Shown piece by piece: positions 46,288 through 56,387 of a stretch of DNA of 64,000 bases. Origin of the DNA: a bacterium. Its GTDB lineage: Bacteria > Patescibacteriota > Minisyncoccia > Phycocordibacterales > UBA5272. The notes under the pieces were generated by a model that did no database searches, was not told where the DNA came from, and saw only the letters and a list, made by a program, of their open reading frames with translations. The translations under genes and the position numbers were made by a program. Every line of letters begins with the position of its first letter. The stretch's first letter is position 1. Location: NCBI GenBank assembly GCA_027482685.1, contig JAIXVU010000003.1, forward strand, positions 38,065-102,064, in the 5' to 3' direction.

Positions 46288-46842
46288 ATGGCACAAGCAT
46301 TTAAGAGTGTAAAAGAAAAAGAAAAGGCATCATTTGATGTCCTTTCAAAGGAATTTGGTTTCAAGAATATAATGGCGGCACCTCATCTTACAAAGGTGAC
46401 AGTATCTGTTGCTACAGGTTCAGCTATGAAAAAAGACCGCAAGCGTAACGAGCTTGTGATGGATAGACTCGCTAAGATTACAGGACAGAAGCCAACACTT
46501 AGAAAGGCTAAGATGTCAGTTGCGTCATTCAAGACCCGTGAAGGGGACGAAATCGGAGTAGCGGTAACACTTCGCGGAGCTCGTATGTATGGGTTTCTTG
46601 ATAAGGTGTTTAATGTGTCACTTCCTCGTACAAAGGACTTCCGTGGACTTAACCGTACATCGGTTGACGCTATTGGTAATATGACCTTTGGTATTAAGGA
46701 GCATACAATCTTCCCAGAAATTCATGATGAAGAGCTAAAAGATGTTTTTGGAATGGCCATCACCATGGTAACCACAGCAAAGACAAAAGAAGTTGCTACT
46801 AGATTCTTCGAACTACTCGAAGTTCCTTTCAAAAAGGCATAA
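46288..46842 (+). CDS. rplE: 50S ribosomal protein L5
   Basis: typical uL5 central region (GVAVTLRGARMYGFLDK). Confidence 0.9.
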   Translation: MAQAFKSVKEKEKASFDVLSKEFGFKNIMAAPHLTKVTVSVATGSAMKKDRKRNELVMDRLAKITGQKPTLRKAKMSVASFKTREGDEIGVAVTLRGARMYGFLDKVFNVSLPRTKDFRGLNRTSVDAIGNMTFGIKEHTIFPEIHDEELKDVFGMAITMVTTAKTKEVATRFFELLEVPFKKA

Positions 46843-47118
46843 ATTGTTTATCTGCTTTGTTAAGAGAAGTTTCTCTCAGCCAGTGTACAATGGGTACGTT
46901 TCTACCGAAAACTTTCTTTCTTCACATAGCTAAAATAATTTTTGATCTTTTTGATTAAGAAGCTATATTTTCCTTTGTTCTATTGAAGTTTCAATTAGGG
47001 TAATAAAAAGAGGATGTCGCAAACATCCTCTTTTTATTTGTCATTTCTACATGAAGTAGGGAGTTTTGAAGACAGGCAACACTTGACAAGTTTATATAAA
47101 TACTGTAGGATAGGGCCC

Positions 47119-48504
47119 ATGAAAACAGGAATTAAAAACATCGTCATCGGGCTTAGTTTTTTGGGTATTTTTACTAGTTTTAGTGGTTTTGCACAAGCGG
47201 GGTATTTTAATACAACCCCAATTGAGCAGTGTGATGTTGTTATTGTAAGTAACCTATCTTTTGGTTCACGCAATCAAGATGTTCTTACTCTACAGCAGTT
47301 TCTAGCTCGCGCTGGGTACCTTCACGCTACTCCTAATGGGTACTTTGGGCATGGTACCAGATCTGCTGTACAGGCTTTTCAAGCTGACAACTACATTCGT
47401 CAGACAGGAACAGTGGGAGCTGAAACCCGTAATGCTCTAAATGAAAGACTTTGCGATGCACGGGTATCACGCTACTCATTTAACGATGATTACTATGATT
47501 ATGCGTCTGGGGTAACATATGTTGATGGATATGATCCATATGTAACTGTCGTATCTCCTACTCCTCAAATACCAGCCGTGTATGCAACTCCACAGGCAAA
47601 TATAGCAACTCGTAATACAAATGTCTCAGTTGCTACAAACAGAACTGCAGACATTACAAGTGGTTCAGTTGTCTCTCCTCTTGTTGCTTCTACTCAAACA
47701 AATTTTGGCAACCTTCCTTCTCCTGCTAGTGTTGATAGAACATCTATTGTCTTTAATCCAAGTATTGGTTATACAACTGTCATTACTCCAAAGGTGCAGT
47801 CATTAACTATCCTTACTCCGCTTTCATATACTGTATACAATGAAGGTGATACTGTGTCTCTCACATGGAGAACACAAGGACTATCACAAACACAGTTTGT
47901 AGTGCTTCTTGAAAATAAGAATACTCGTCAGAGTCGTACAGTTGCCGTTACATCTTCGATGAATGCCTCGTTTACTCTTACTAAGGATCTTCTTGATGCT
48001 GTATGTAATGGACCATGTGATGCTAATGCTCAAGCAGCATTTGGTATCGTTATTACTACTCCTGTTACTGATCTTGCGGGTACTGTAACGACTTTCAGAT
48101 CAACCCTTTCACCTATTGCAATTAAGCGTCCTTTTGCAGGGACTGGTATTGGGGCAGTATCTCTTAGTATTAAGAATCCTGTTGCTTCAAATGAAGTAGT
48201 TAAACTTTTCCTTAACTTACCTGGTATTAGTAATGTTGATGCGTATACTAACTATTCATTTAAGATTCGCGCAACATGTATTCCTGGTGTACAAGTGAGA
48301 CTAGGTGGCGTTGAATGTGGTCAAGACTTTATAATTCCAATCGGCGCTGTTTACTTCCAAAATCAAATTCCTGTAGCAATTAATAATACAACATGGTTCA
48401 GACAAGACGTTGCGTTTACCCTTACTGTTATAAATGCTCAGGGGCAAGTAGTGGGACAAGCAGAAACAAAGACTACAGTAAACGGCGCACCGTTTAGTTG
48501 GTAG
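47119..48504 (+). CDS. secreted protein with peptidoglycan-binding (PG_binding_1-like) domain and long Thr/Ser/Val-rich region
   Basis: signal peptide (IVIGLSFLGIFTSFSGFAQA); LTLQQFLARAGYL...GYFGHGTRSAVQAFQ...GTVGAETRNAL motif; terminator hairpin at 48524-48552. Confidence 0.55.
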   Translation: MKTGIKNIVIGLSFLGIFTSFSGFAQAGYFNTTPIEQCDVVIVSNLSFGSRNQDVLTLQQFLARAGYLHATPNGYFGHGTRSAVQAFQADNYIRQTGTVGAETRNALNERLCDARVSRYSFNDDYYDYASGVTYVDGYDPYVTVVSPTPQIPAVYATPQANIATRNTNVSVATNRTADITSGSVVSPLVASTQTNFGNLPSPASVDRTSIVFNPSIGYTTVITPKVQSLTILTPLSYTVYNEGDTVSLTWRTQGLSQTQFVVLLENKNTRQSRTVAVTSSMNASFTLTKDLLDAVCNGPCDANAQAAFGIVITTPVTDLAGTVTTFRSTLSPIAIKRPFAGTGIGAVSLSIKNPVASNEVVKLFLNLPGISNVDAYTNYSFKIRATCIPGVQVRLGGVECGQDFIIPIGAVYFQNQIPVAINNTTWFRQDVAFTLTVINAQGQVVGQAETKTTVNGAPFSW

Positions 48505-48565
48505 TAGATAATCTGTGATATAAAAAAACGACGCGCATCCGCGTCGTTTTTTTATTGATATAGGT

Positions 48566-49003
48566 TTATGCAAGTGCTGTTTTAACAAGAAACATAACTG
48601 CCGTTACCGCACCAACTAGTAACGTTCCCCAAAGGATATCAACGATGACAATAGACCAAGGATATTCTTTGAATACTGCGAGATTGGTGAAGTCATAAAA
48701 TGCATATAGTACAAATCCCAGAAGCGCACCGTATAGAAATGCATTTAACGTCGTAGATGCACGAGATAGTGCAAAGACCCATATACCAAGTATTCCGACG
48801 ATATACACAAGGGGAATTGCGGGAAGGTAAGGCACAAGCGATCCTTCGACTATGTTTGCATGCGCTTTTAATCCGTCTAAGTAGAACGTTTTTGCGATTT
48901 TGGCTAGCCAGACATAGTCAAGAACAGTAAAAGTAATAATACCTGCAAGCGATGTGAGTATAATTGATATCATATATGTAAAGTGTAGCATACAAAGTAA
49001 CAT
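48566..49003 (-). CDS. DUF2177-like small membrane protein
   Basis: 4 TM segments; ORF only; start possibly at internal ATG (MISIIL). Confidence 0.45.
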   Translation of the reverse strand: MLLCMLHFTYMISIILTSLAGIITFTVLDYVWLAKIAKTFYLDGLKAHANIVEGSLVPYLPAIPLVYIVGILGIWVFALSRASTTLNAFLYGALLGFVLYAFYDFTNLAVFKEYPWSIVIVDILWGTLLVGAVTAVMFLVKTALA

Positions 49004-49271
49004 AGTTCTGATTGTAGCTGTGAACGGTATGTCTTTTTTTGATGAAGATAAGTGAGATGCTAAAAGTGTGCAGTTCTTGTTATTTCTTATATTTTATGGT
49101 ATAGTTAATAAGCTTTCTGTAATCCGTGTATCTCCGTAAGTATTAGAGACTTCTCTATTATTTACGTTCATATCACGCTGATATTCAGAGAGTTAGTACT
49201 TATGTAGGAGTATTGCAGTTTTGCATTTCCTTAATTACTAATTACCAATTACTAATTACAGTATAAATCGA

Positions 49272-49457
49272 ATGGCAAAAACATCAGTTATTGCGCGAGC
49301 AAACAAAAAGCCAAAATTCTCGTCACGAATAGTTAACCGATGCTTCAAGTGTGGTCGAAAGCACGGGTTCATGCGAGATTTCGGTCTTTGTCGTATCTGT
49401 TTTCGTGAACTCGCAAACGAGGGAATGATTCCAGGGGTGACAAAGTCATCATGGTAG
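49272..49457 (+). CDS. rpsN: 30S ribosomal protein S14 (zinc-binding type Z)
   Basis: [25 protein letters not shown] CxxC...CxxC. Confidence 0.92.
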   Translation: MAKTSVIARANKKPKFSSRIVNRCFKCGRKHGFMRDFGLCRICFRELANEGMIPGVTKSSW

Positions 49458-49492
49458 TTCTTCTTTAAGAGAAACTTCATACATAGAAATAT

Positions 49493-49876
49493 ATGGATCA
49501 AATAGCAAACATGTTAATTGCGATTAAAAACGCTGGTCTTGTAAAAAAGACAAGTTTAGTAATCCCTTCATCAAAGATGAAAGTCGCAATTCTCACACTT
49601 CTTAAAGCAGAAGGATACATCAAGACATTCCATGTTACAGAAGGTGTTAAGCTAACTGTAGAGATTGTTCTTGAGTACAAAAAAGATACACCACGTGTAC
49701 AGGGAGTCACTCGTGTATCAAAGCAGTCAAAGCGTGTTTATACAGGAGTGAAAGATATTTCATCTGTAAAATATGGTCACGGTATGGCAGTTCTTTCAAC
49801 ACCAAAAGGTATCTTAACTGATAAGCAAGCACGCAAGGAGCTTGTTGGTGGAGAATTATTATTCACAATTTGGTAA
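49493..49876 (+). CDS. rpsH: 30S ribosomal protein S8
   Basis: MDQIANMLIAIKNA start typical of uS8. Confidence 0.92.
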   Translation: MDQIANMLIAIKNAGLVKKTSLVIPSSKMKVAILTLLKAEGYIKTFHVTEGVKLTVEIVLEYKKDTPRVQGVTRVSKQSKRVYTGVKDISSVKYGHGMAVLSTPKGILTDKQARKELVGGELLFTIW

Positions 49877-49882
49877 AAACGT

Positions 49883-50416
49883 ATGAGCAGAATAGGAAAA
49901 CAACAAATAACAATTCCAGCAGGTGTCACGGTAACGTTTGATGCCCATGCTGTACGTGTCAAAGGACCAAAGGGAGAAATCATGCGACCTGTTCGTAATG
50001 AAATCGCTTTCACACAAGAAAACGGTATCATAACAGCAGAGCCTCGCCGTAACGATAAGTTCTCAAGGTCACTCTGGGGGACATATATGTCTCATATTAG
50101 TAATATGATTACAGGTGTAGTTACTCCATTTGAGAAGAAGCTTCTTGTAGAAGGGGTCGGATATAAGTGGGATGTTAAAGGCGCTGACCTCAACCTCTCT
50201 CTTGGGTTCTCTCATCCTGTAGTAATGCAAATCCCACAAGGACTCACTGTCGTTGCGGAGAAGAGTGCACTTACAATTACAGGTATTGATAAAGAGTTAG
50301 TCGGCCTCTTTGCAATGAAGGTACGTCAAATGAAGAAACCTGAACCTTACAAAGGTAAGGGAATTCGTTACAGTACTGAAACTATTCGTCGTAAGCAAGG
50401 TAAGAAATCTGCCTAA
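49883..50416 (+). CDS. rplF: 50S ribosomal protein L6
   Basis: [15 protein letters not shown] start typical of uL6. Confidence 0.92.
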   Translation: MSRIGKQQITIPAGVTVTFDAHAVRVKGPKGEIMRPVRNEIAFTQENGIITAEPRRNDKFSRSLWGTYMSHISNMITGVVTPFEKKLLVEGVGYKWDVKGADLNLSLGFSHPVVMQIPQGLTVVAEKSALTITGIDKELVGLFAMKVRQMKKPEPYKGKGIRYSTETIRRKQGKKSA

Positions 50417-50442
50417 GTCTCTTGCACTTTTGTAAAAAATAT

Positions 50443-50793
50443 ATGAAAACAAATATCAAAACAGAAAAGAGGGCTCGTCTCCACAAAAAGATTCGTACAC
50501 GCGTATCAGGGACAGAAGCTCGCCCGAGACTTGCAGTATTTCGTTCTAACCGTTATATGTACGCACAACTTATCGATGATGTACGTGGACTAACTCTCGC
50601 ATCAGCGTCAGATATTGCTCTCACAGATAAGATGACAAAAGTTGAACGTGCAAAGAAGGTTGGAGCAACGCTTGCAACAGAAGCAAAGAAGAAAAATATT
50701 ACCTCAGTCGTATTTGACCGAGGCGGGTTCTCGTACCGTGGTCGAGTACAAGCACTAGCAGATGGTGCTCGTGAGGCTGGTCTTAACTTCTAA
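50443..50793 (+). CDS. rplR: 50S ribosomal protein L18
   Basis: gene order; [18 protein letters not shown] motif; start at internal ATG. Confidence 0.88.
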   Translation: MKTNIKTEKRARLHKKIRTRVSGTEARPRLAVFRSNRYMYAQLIDDVRGLTLASASDIALTDKMTKVERAKKVGATLATEAKKKNITSVVFDRGGFSYRGRVQALADGAREAGLNF

Positions 50794-50798
50794 CTATT

Positions 50799-51497
50799 AT
50801 GTCAGAACCAATTATCGAAAATACAACTACTGAAGAAGTAGTCAAAACAGCAGAAACTCCTACAACGGTAGAGACAGGTAATGTTGCTGTAGCAGCTGAG
50901 CCAGAAGCTCGTCCAGTTCGTGGTGCTCGTGGTGGCCAAAACAACCGAGGAGGAAAGGGTGGTGCTCGTGGCGGACGTCCAGCACGCCCACCTCGTGAGA
51001 AGCCAGAGTTTGATAGTAAGACTATCAGTATCCGTCGTGTGACTCGTGTGGTTTCAGGTGGACGACGCTTCACTCTTTCTGTAGCACTCGTCGCTGGAGA
51101 TAGAAATGGTCGTATCGGACTAGGAACAGGAAAGGCACTCGATACTCAAGTAGCAATTGAAAAAGCTCTTAAGGCAGCAAAGCGTAATATGATTCATATT
51201 AAGCTCACGAAGACCAAGTCTCTTCCTCATGATATCGACGCGAAGTTCAAGTCAGCTCAAGTCATGATCATGCCTAATAAGGGTCGTGGTCTCATTGCTG
51301 GATCGTCAGCGCGTACAATACTTGCTCTTGCAGGGCTAAGTAATGTAACAGCGAAGTTCTATTCTGGAACAAAGAATAAACTTAATAACGCTCGCGCGAC
51401 AATGAAGGCTCTTGAGCAGATTGCGTACGCTCATAACGAGGCGCCTGTTGCAAAGGTTGCAATGCAAGATGCCCCTGTAATTACTGAAACTAACTAA
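50799..51497 (+). CDS. rpsE: 30S ribosomal protein S5 with ~65-aa RGG-rich N-terminal extension
   Basis: ISIRRVTRVVSGGRRF uS5 dsRBD start preceded by RGARGGQNNRGGKGGARGGRPARPP. Confidence 0.9.
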   Translation: MSEPIIENTTTEEVVKTAETPTTVETGNVAVAAEPEARPVRGARGGQNNRGGKGGARGGRPARPPREKPEFDSKTISIRRVTRVVSGGRRFTLSVALVAGDRNGRIGLGTGKALDTQVAIEKALKAAKRNMIHIKLTKTKSLPHDIDAKFKSAQVMIMPNKGRGLIAGSSARTILALAGLSNVTAKFYSGTKNKLNNARATMKALEQIAYAHNEAPVAKVAMQDAPVITETN

Positions 51498-51503
51498 ACG
51501 ACT

Positions 51504-52061
51504 ATGCAAATACATGAAATCAAGCGCGTACATGCGCTCAAAAAATCAAAACTTGTAGGTCGTGGTGGTAAGCGTGGTAAGACTGCAGGTAAAGGAGGTA
51601 AAGGTCAGACAGCACGTGCTGGTCACCGAGTGCGTCCTGCGATGCGTGATATTATCAAGAAGCTTCCAAAGTTGAGAGGTCATGGTAAGAACCGCGCAAA
51701 GTCAGTGTTTGATCGCGGACCAGAGGCAGTTGTTAACCTAAACGTTCTTAATGTCTTTGCAAAGGGTGATGTTGTTACACCAACTGCGCTTATTGCAAAA
51801 GGTCTCATTAAAGAAGTGATGGGTAAGACTCCAAAGGTTAAGATTCTCGGAACTGGAGACATTACAGCTGCTCTTTCATTTGAAGGGTGTGATGTATCAG
51901 CTACTGCAAAGGAGAAGATTGAGAAAGCGGGTGGCACAGTTACACAAACTGAAAAGCCAAAGACTCAGTCTCCTGAACTTCTAGCGAAGATTCAAGCAAA
52001 GCGTGATGCAAAGCTTACAAAAGCATCTAACAAAGGTGGTGCGAAGAAGGGGAAGAAGTAA
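51504..52061 (+). CDS. rplO: 50S ribosomal protein L15 (basic C-terminal extension); directly follows S5, no L30 gene
   Basis: KRGKTAGKGGKGQTARAGH motif. Confidence 0.9.
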   Translation: MQIHEIKRVHALKKSKLVGRGGKRGKTAGKGGKGQTARAGHRVRPAMRDIIKKLPKLRGHGKNRAKSVFDRGPEAVVNLNVLNVFAKGDVVTPTALIAKGLIKEVMGKTPKVKILGTGDITAALSFEGCDVSATAKEKIEKAGGTVTQTEKPKTQSPELLAKIQAKRDAKLTKASNKGGAKKGKK

Positions 52062-52124
52062 AAACTAATTACTAGTTTTTAGTAATTAGTTACTAGTGAA
52101 ATACTAAAAACAAGTTACAAAATA

Positions 52125-52156
52125 CAAAGAGCGACGCTGACAGGCGTCGCTCTTTG
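52125..52156. terminator. terminator palindrome CAAAGAGCGACGC-TGACAG-GCGTCGCTCTTTG
   Basis: 13-bp perfect stem after rplO; preceded by AACTAATTACTAG-ttttt-AGTAATTAGTT palindrome. Confidence 0.65.
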
Positions 52157-52170
52157 TTATACTCATATAC

Positions 52171-52773
52171 ATGTATTCTCTTACCAAAGACGAGCTACAA
52201 TTTTTAAAGAAACTTACTACTCCGATCAAAATCCAAGACTATCTTGATAGTATAGATTTCAATTACGAGAAGAACGGCGAGACCTGTATGTCCCCACGCC
52301 GCGTAATAAAAGAGGGTAAGGCACATTGTATAGAAGGGGCGTTGCTTGCAGCTCTTGCTCTTATGGTTAACGGTGAGCGACCACTACTTCTTAATTTGAA
52401 AGTAAGACATGATGATTATGATCATGTTGTAGCACTCTATAAATGTAACGGATATTGGGGGGCAATCAGTAAGACCGCACACTCAGTCTTGCGCTTTCGC
52501 GATCCGGTATACAAGAGTGTGCGAGAACTTGCAATGTCATATTTTCACGAGTATTTTTTGGTAAGTGGTGGTGAAAAAACCATGCTTGGGTATTCAAAGC
52601 CTATTAATCTTAAAAGATACGGAACAAGTTGGATAACAGAAGAGAAAGATCTTTGGACTATCGCAGAGAAGATATTTGATGCACCGATTACAAAAGTGAT
52701 TCCAAAGGGAAATGAAAAGTATATTAAGCCTGCGACAGAACTTGAACGGAAAGCCTCGGACATAAAAAGCTAA
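52171..52773 (+). CDS. putative transglutaminase-like/papain-fold cysteine peptidase-type protein
   Basis: GKAHCIEGALLAALALMVNG ... DYDHVVALYKCNGYWGAISK resembles Cys...His...Asp core of transglutaminase-like superfamily (eye alignment only). Confidence 0.35.
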   Translation: MYSLTKDELQFLKKLTTPIKIQDYLDSIDFNYEKNGETCMSPRRVIKEGKAHCIEGALLAALALMVNGERPLLLNLKVRHDDYDHVVALYKCNGYWGAISKTAHSVLRFRDPVYKSVRELAMSYFHEYFLVSGGEKTMLGYSKPINLKRYGTSWITEEKDLWTIAEKIFDAPITKVIPKGNEKYIKPATELERKASDIKS

Positions 52774-52793
52774 TAAGGTTATATACTACATAC

Positions 52794-53579
52794 ATGTATT
52801 TTGAATCTAGTAAAAATAACAATAGTCCAATAATTTGTAACGTGCCTCATTCCGGGACTCTGATACCAGCAGAATATGAATCTGATTTTATTCTACAGGA
52901 GGACGATTTAGAGCAAGAGATTTTGTATATGGCGGATAATTATACTGACGAGCTATACAAGGAATTATTAAATATTTCAAGTTATGTACAATCTACCGTT
53001 AGTAGAATTTTGGTTGATATAGAACGATTTGAAGATGAAGAGGATGAGCCAATGTCAAAAGTCGGCATGTCAGCTTTTTACACAATGACAAGTGAAGGTG
53101 AGCTGCTCAGAACCATTACAGATGAAAGGAGGATTGAGCTTGAGAAAATATATAAAAATTATCATGACACTTTCACTGATTTAGTTACTGTTGCGCTTTC
53201 TAATTATGATACGGCTATTATTGTAGACTGTCATTCGTTTGCATCCATCCCTAGAATATACGAAAGCGATAAAGATGGAGACCGTCCAGATATTTGTATT
53301 GGGGTAGATGAGTACCATACACCAAAAGAGTTAGTAGAAAGGCTCCAAACTAACTTTGGAGAACTCGGATATAGTGTAAAAGTTAACAGTCCTTTTGCAG
53401 GGAGTATTGTACCTGCTCTATATTATCAAAAAGATATAAGAGTGATTTCAGTGATGATTGAAGTCAATAGAAAACTCTATATAGATGAACTAACATTTCA
53501 AAAATCAAAAAATTTTTCTGAAGTCTCAAGGGCTATTTCTCGAGCGGTTATAAAAAGTTTGAACGAGTTTATAAAATAA
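52794..53579 (+). CDS. N-formylglutamate amidohydrolase (FGase) family protein
   Basis: ICNVPHSGTLIP ... IIVDCHSF signature motifs of PF05013 family. Confidence 0.55.
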   Translation: MYFESSKNNNSPIICNVPHSGTLIPAEYESDFILQEDDLEQEILYMADNYTDELYKELLNISSYVQSTVSRILVDIERFEDEEDEPMSKVGMSAFYTMTSEGELLRTITDERRIELEKIYKNYHDTFTDLVTVALSNYDTAIIVDCHSFASIPRIYESDKDGDRPDICIGVDEYHTPKELVERLQTNFGELGYSVKVNSPFAGSIVPALYYQKDIRVISVMIEVNRKLYIDELTFQKSKNFSEVSRAISRAVIKSLNEFIK

Positions 53580-53580
53580 T

Positions 53581-54043
53581 ATGGGACAAGAACAGCTATC
53601 GGGTCCAGAAAAAATATTTACGAGTGTATCCCCAAAAGAATTTATCAATCAAAGAGATAGATTGCGAGAAGATTTGTTTGCATTTCTTACCCCGCTCACA
53701 GAAGAAGATTATGTAGCAAAAAAGACAAAGTTGTTTTTATCACAGGATTTACAATCAGGTTTCGGTGTTAATCCAGATGGAGAGCTTATATCTGTATTTG
53801 CTTTAGAAAAACAAAGAGGAAGGCTTCTTGTTGCTGAGGCAAGAAATCAGGGGGGCTAAATATTTAAGTTGCATGGGTGACTATTTACTAGAGCTATATT
53901 CTGAGTTTGATTTTTCCCCAGTAGAAATTTTGAAATGGGATAACAGGTTTACCCCTAAAAATTGGAATTATGAGAGATTTGGAGCTCCAAATATTTATGA
54001 AATGAGATTAAAAAATCCTTATGCGGATAAATTTGAGGGGTAA
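53581..54043 (+). pseudogene. hypothetical gene split by frameshift in a G6 homopolymer tract (two overlapping ORFs 53581-53859 and 53828-54043)
   Basis: frame 1 ends ...NQGG* at CAGGGGGGCTAA (G-run 53850-53855); deleting one G fuses to frame 2 (AKYLSCMGDYLL...) giving a ~154-aa product. Confidence 0.5.
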
Positions 54044-54111
54044 TTTACGCGTGAATTAATTCATGTACGATAGGTGAAAAGTTCTAAAAATCGTGCTATA
54101 CTAGGGGGATT

Positions 54112-55377
54112 ATGAATACATTTAAGGCTATTTTTACTGACAAGACGCTACGTAACCGTATTTTCTTCGTTATTGGTATTTTATTACTTACTCGTGTACT
54201 TTCTTCTATTCCAATTCCTGGAATAGATATTTCTAACCTCGGAGCATTCTTACAAAATAACAGTTTCTTCGGGCTACTTAACCTGCTTTCTGGAGGAGGA
54301 ATTGCATCATTCTCTATCGTGATGCTCGGAGTTGGTCCATATATTACAGCGTCTATCATCATGCAGCTCATGACAGTACTTTCTCCTTCACTTAAGGAAA
54401 TGTATCAAGAATCAGGGGATGCTGGTCGTCGGAAGTTCGTACAGTATGGACGCCTACTATCGCTACCGTTTGCTATCCTTCAAGGGTATGCACTCCTTGT
54501 ACTTCTCTCTCGTCAAAATGTTATTCCAGAATTATCTCTTGAGCAGATGGTGTTTAACCTAACCATCATTACAGCAGGAACGATGCTTATGATGTGGCTA
54601 GGAGAGCAGATCAACGAGCGTGGTATCGGTAACGGTGTGTCGCTCATTATATTTGCTGGTATCGTAGCACTCCTTCCTCAGACACTTGGACAATTCTTCG
54701 TAACATTTGATGTGTCACAGATTCCACTTGTTGTCGGAATATTCGTATTATCACTTATTGTTACTGCAGGTATCGTGTATGTTACAGAGGCAGAACGTCC
54801 AATCCCTGTAACGTATGCTCGTCAGACACGACTAGGACAAGCTCCTGCCCTTGGGGGTCCAACAACATACCTCCCACTACGACTAAACCAAGCTGGAGTT
54901 GTGCCTATTATCTTCGCAGTATCAATCCTTCTTTTCCCACAGTTAATAGGACAGCTGTTTGCAACATCATCAAATGACTTACTTCGTAGTCTTGCTAGTA
55001 GTATGAATGAAATACTTGCTAACCAGTGGATATATGGAGCAATTTATTTCTTCCTTGTTGTAACATTTACGTATTTCTATACAGCGGTGATGTTTGACCC
55101 AGAGAAGACAGCGGATAACCTACAGAAAAATGGCGCATTTATCCCGGGTCACAGACCAGGAGGAGCAACGGCAGAATACATCGGATATGTGCTTGCACGT
55201 GTGACTCTCATTGGTGCTATTTTCCTTGGATCCGTTGCAGTGTTGCCGATTATCGTACAAGGTATAACAGGGATTAGCGCGATTCAAATCGGAGGAACAT
55301 CACTTTTGATTGCGGTGTCAGTGATACTGGATGTAATTAAGAAGATTGACGCTCAACTCTCCATGCGTGAGTATTAG
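54112..55377 (+). CDS. secY: preprotein translocase subunit SecY
   Basis: 10 TM architecture, GIMPYITASIIMQL-like motif (GVGPYITASIIMQLM). Confidence 0.93.
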   Translation: MNTFKAIFTDKTLRNRIFFVIGILLLTRVLSSIPIPGIDISNLGAFLQNNSFFGLLNLLSGGGIASFSIVMLGVGPYITASIIMQLMTVLSPSLKEMYQESGDAGRRKFVQYGRLLSLPFAILQGYALLVLLSRQNVIPELSLEQMVFNLTIITAGTMLMMWLGEQINERGIGNGVSLIIFAGIVALLPQTLGQFFVTFDVSQIPLVVGIFVLSLIVTAGIVYVTEAERPIPVTYARQTRLGQAPALGGPTTYLPLRLNQAGVVPIIFAVSILLFPQLIGQLFATSSNDLLRSLASSMNEILANQWIYGAIYFFLVVTFTYFYTAVMFDPEKTADNLQKNGAFIPGHRPGGATAEYIGYVLARVTLIGAIFLGSVAVLPIIVQGITGISAIQIGGTSLLIAVSVILDVIKKIDAQLSMREY

Positions 55378-55733
55378 TCATAAAAGATTTCATCTACTGT
55401 GTTAAAAAAGTTTTTGCTCCCGCAATGTACGTCAAAGTACATCTTGGTTGCAAAAACTTTTTTGCCTTGTATCTAAAACCTTTTCTGATCAATACCATAA
55501 AAATTACTTCAGTCCACTCTTATCCAGCGGAAGTTTTTTTGAGGAAGAAGTACTAAAACGTACGGTGGCCTACAAAAACTTCCGCTCTTCGTGTATCTAA
55601 AGCAATTTTTATACTATTCCGGAGACCCATGCCTCATATTTCATCAAATATCTTCACGTAGTAATACAAATAGAAAAGCATAGCTCTGATAATTCTTTAG
55701 AGCGGTACTTGTAGTGTATGGTATTATATATCT

Positions 55734-56339
55734 ATGGATACAGCGAATAAACAGTTTTTTATCATTATCGGTCGTTCTGGTGCCGGTAAGGGTACACAAG
55801 CTGAACTACTTAAGAAATATCTAGAAGATAAAGGGCATGAGAAAGTGGTGCACACAACTACCGGCGGAGGATTCAGAGAACTCATAGAACGTGATAACTA
55901 TGCAGCGCGATTATCAAAAGAGCTCACTAATAATGGCGTACTTAATCCAGAGTTTCTCGCTATCTGGAACTGGTCTAATATTTTCATAAACACATTAACT
56001 GGAAATGAAACTGTTATATTAGACGGTGCGCCGCGCAGATTGGTAGAAGTAACAGCACTTCATAGTGCGCTTAGTTTCTTTCAATATCACCACCCTATTG
56101 TTATCTATCTTGATGCACCAGAATCAGAGTCTCTCACCCGACTGAAAGAGCGCGGACGAGTGGATGACCAGAATGAAGAGGGGACGAAGCTCAGAATGAA
56201 ATGGTTTGATGAAGATGTGTTACCAGTTGTTGACTATTACTCACGTGATCCACACTATAGATTCATTCACGTAAACGGGCTCAAATCCCCAGAAGAGGTT
56301 CATCAAGAGTTAGTTGAAAAACTTTCACAACTAGGTTAG
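55734..56339 (+). CDS. adk: adenylate kinase (short form, no zinc lid)
   Basis: IIIGRSGAGKGTQAELL P-loop, LDGAPRR motif. Confidence 0.8.
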   Translation: MDTANKQFFIIIGRSGAGKGTQAELLKKYLEDKGHEKVVHTTTGGGFRELIERDNYAARLSKELTNNGVLNPEFLAIWNWSNIFINTLTGNETVILDGAPRRLVEVTALHSALSFFQYHHPIVIYLDAPESESLTRLKERGRVDDQNEEGTKLRMKWFDEDVLPVVDYYSRDPHYRFIHVNGLKSPEEVHQELVEKLSQLG

Positions 56340-56387
56340 TATTAGTTTTTTCTAAAACCTAACCCCTAATCTCTAAACCCTAGTCTT

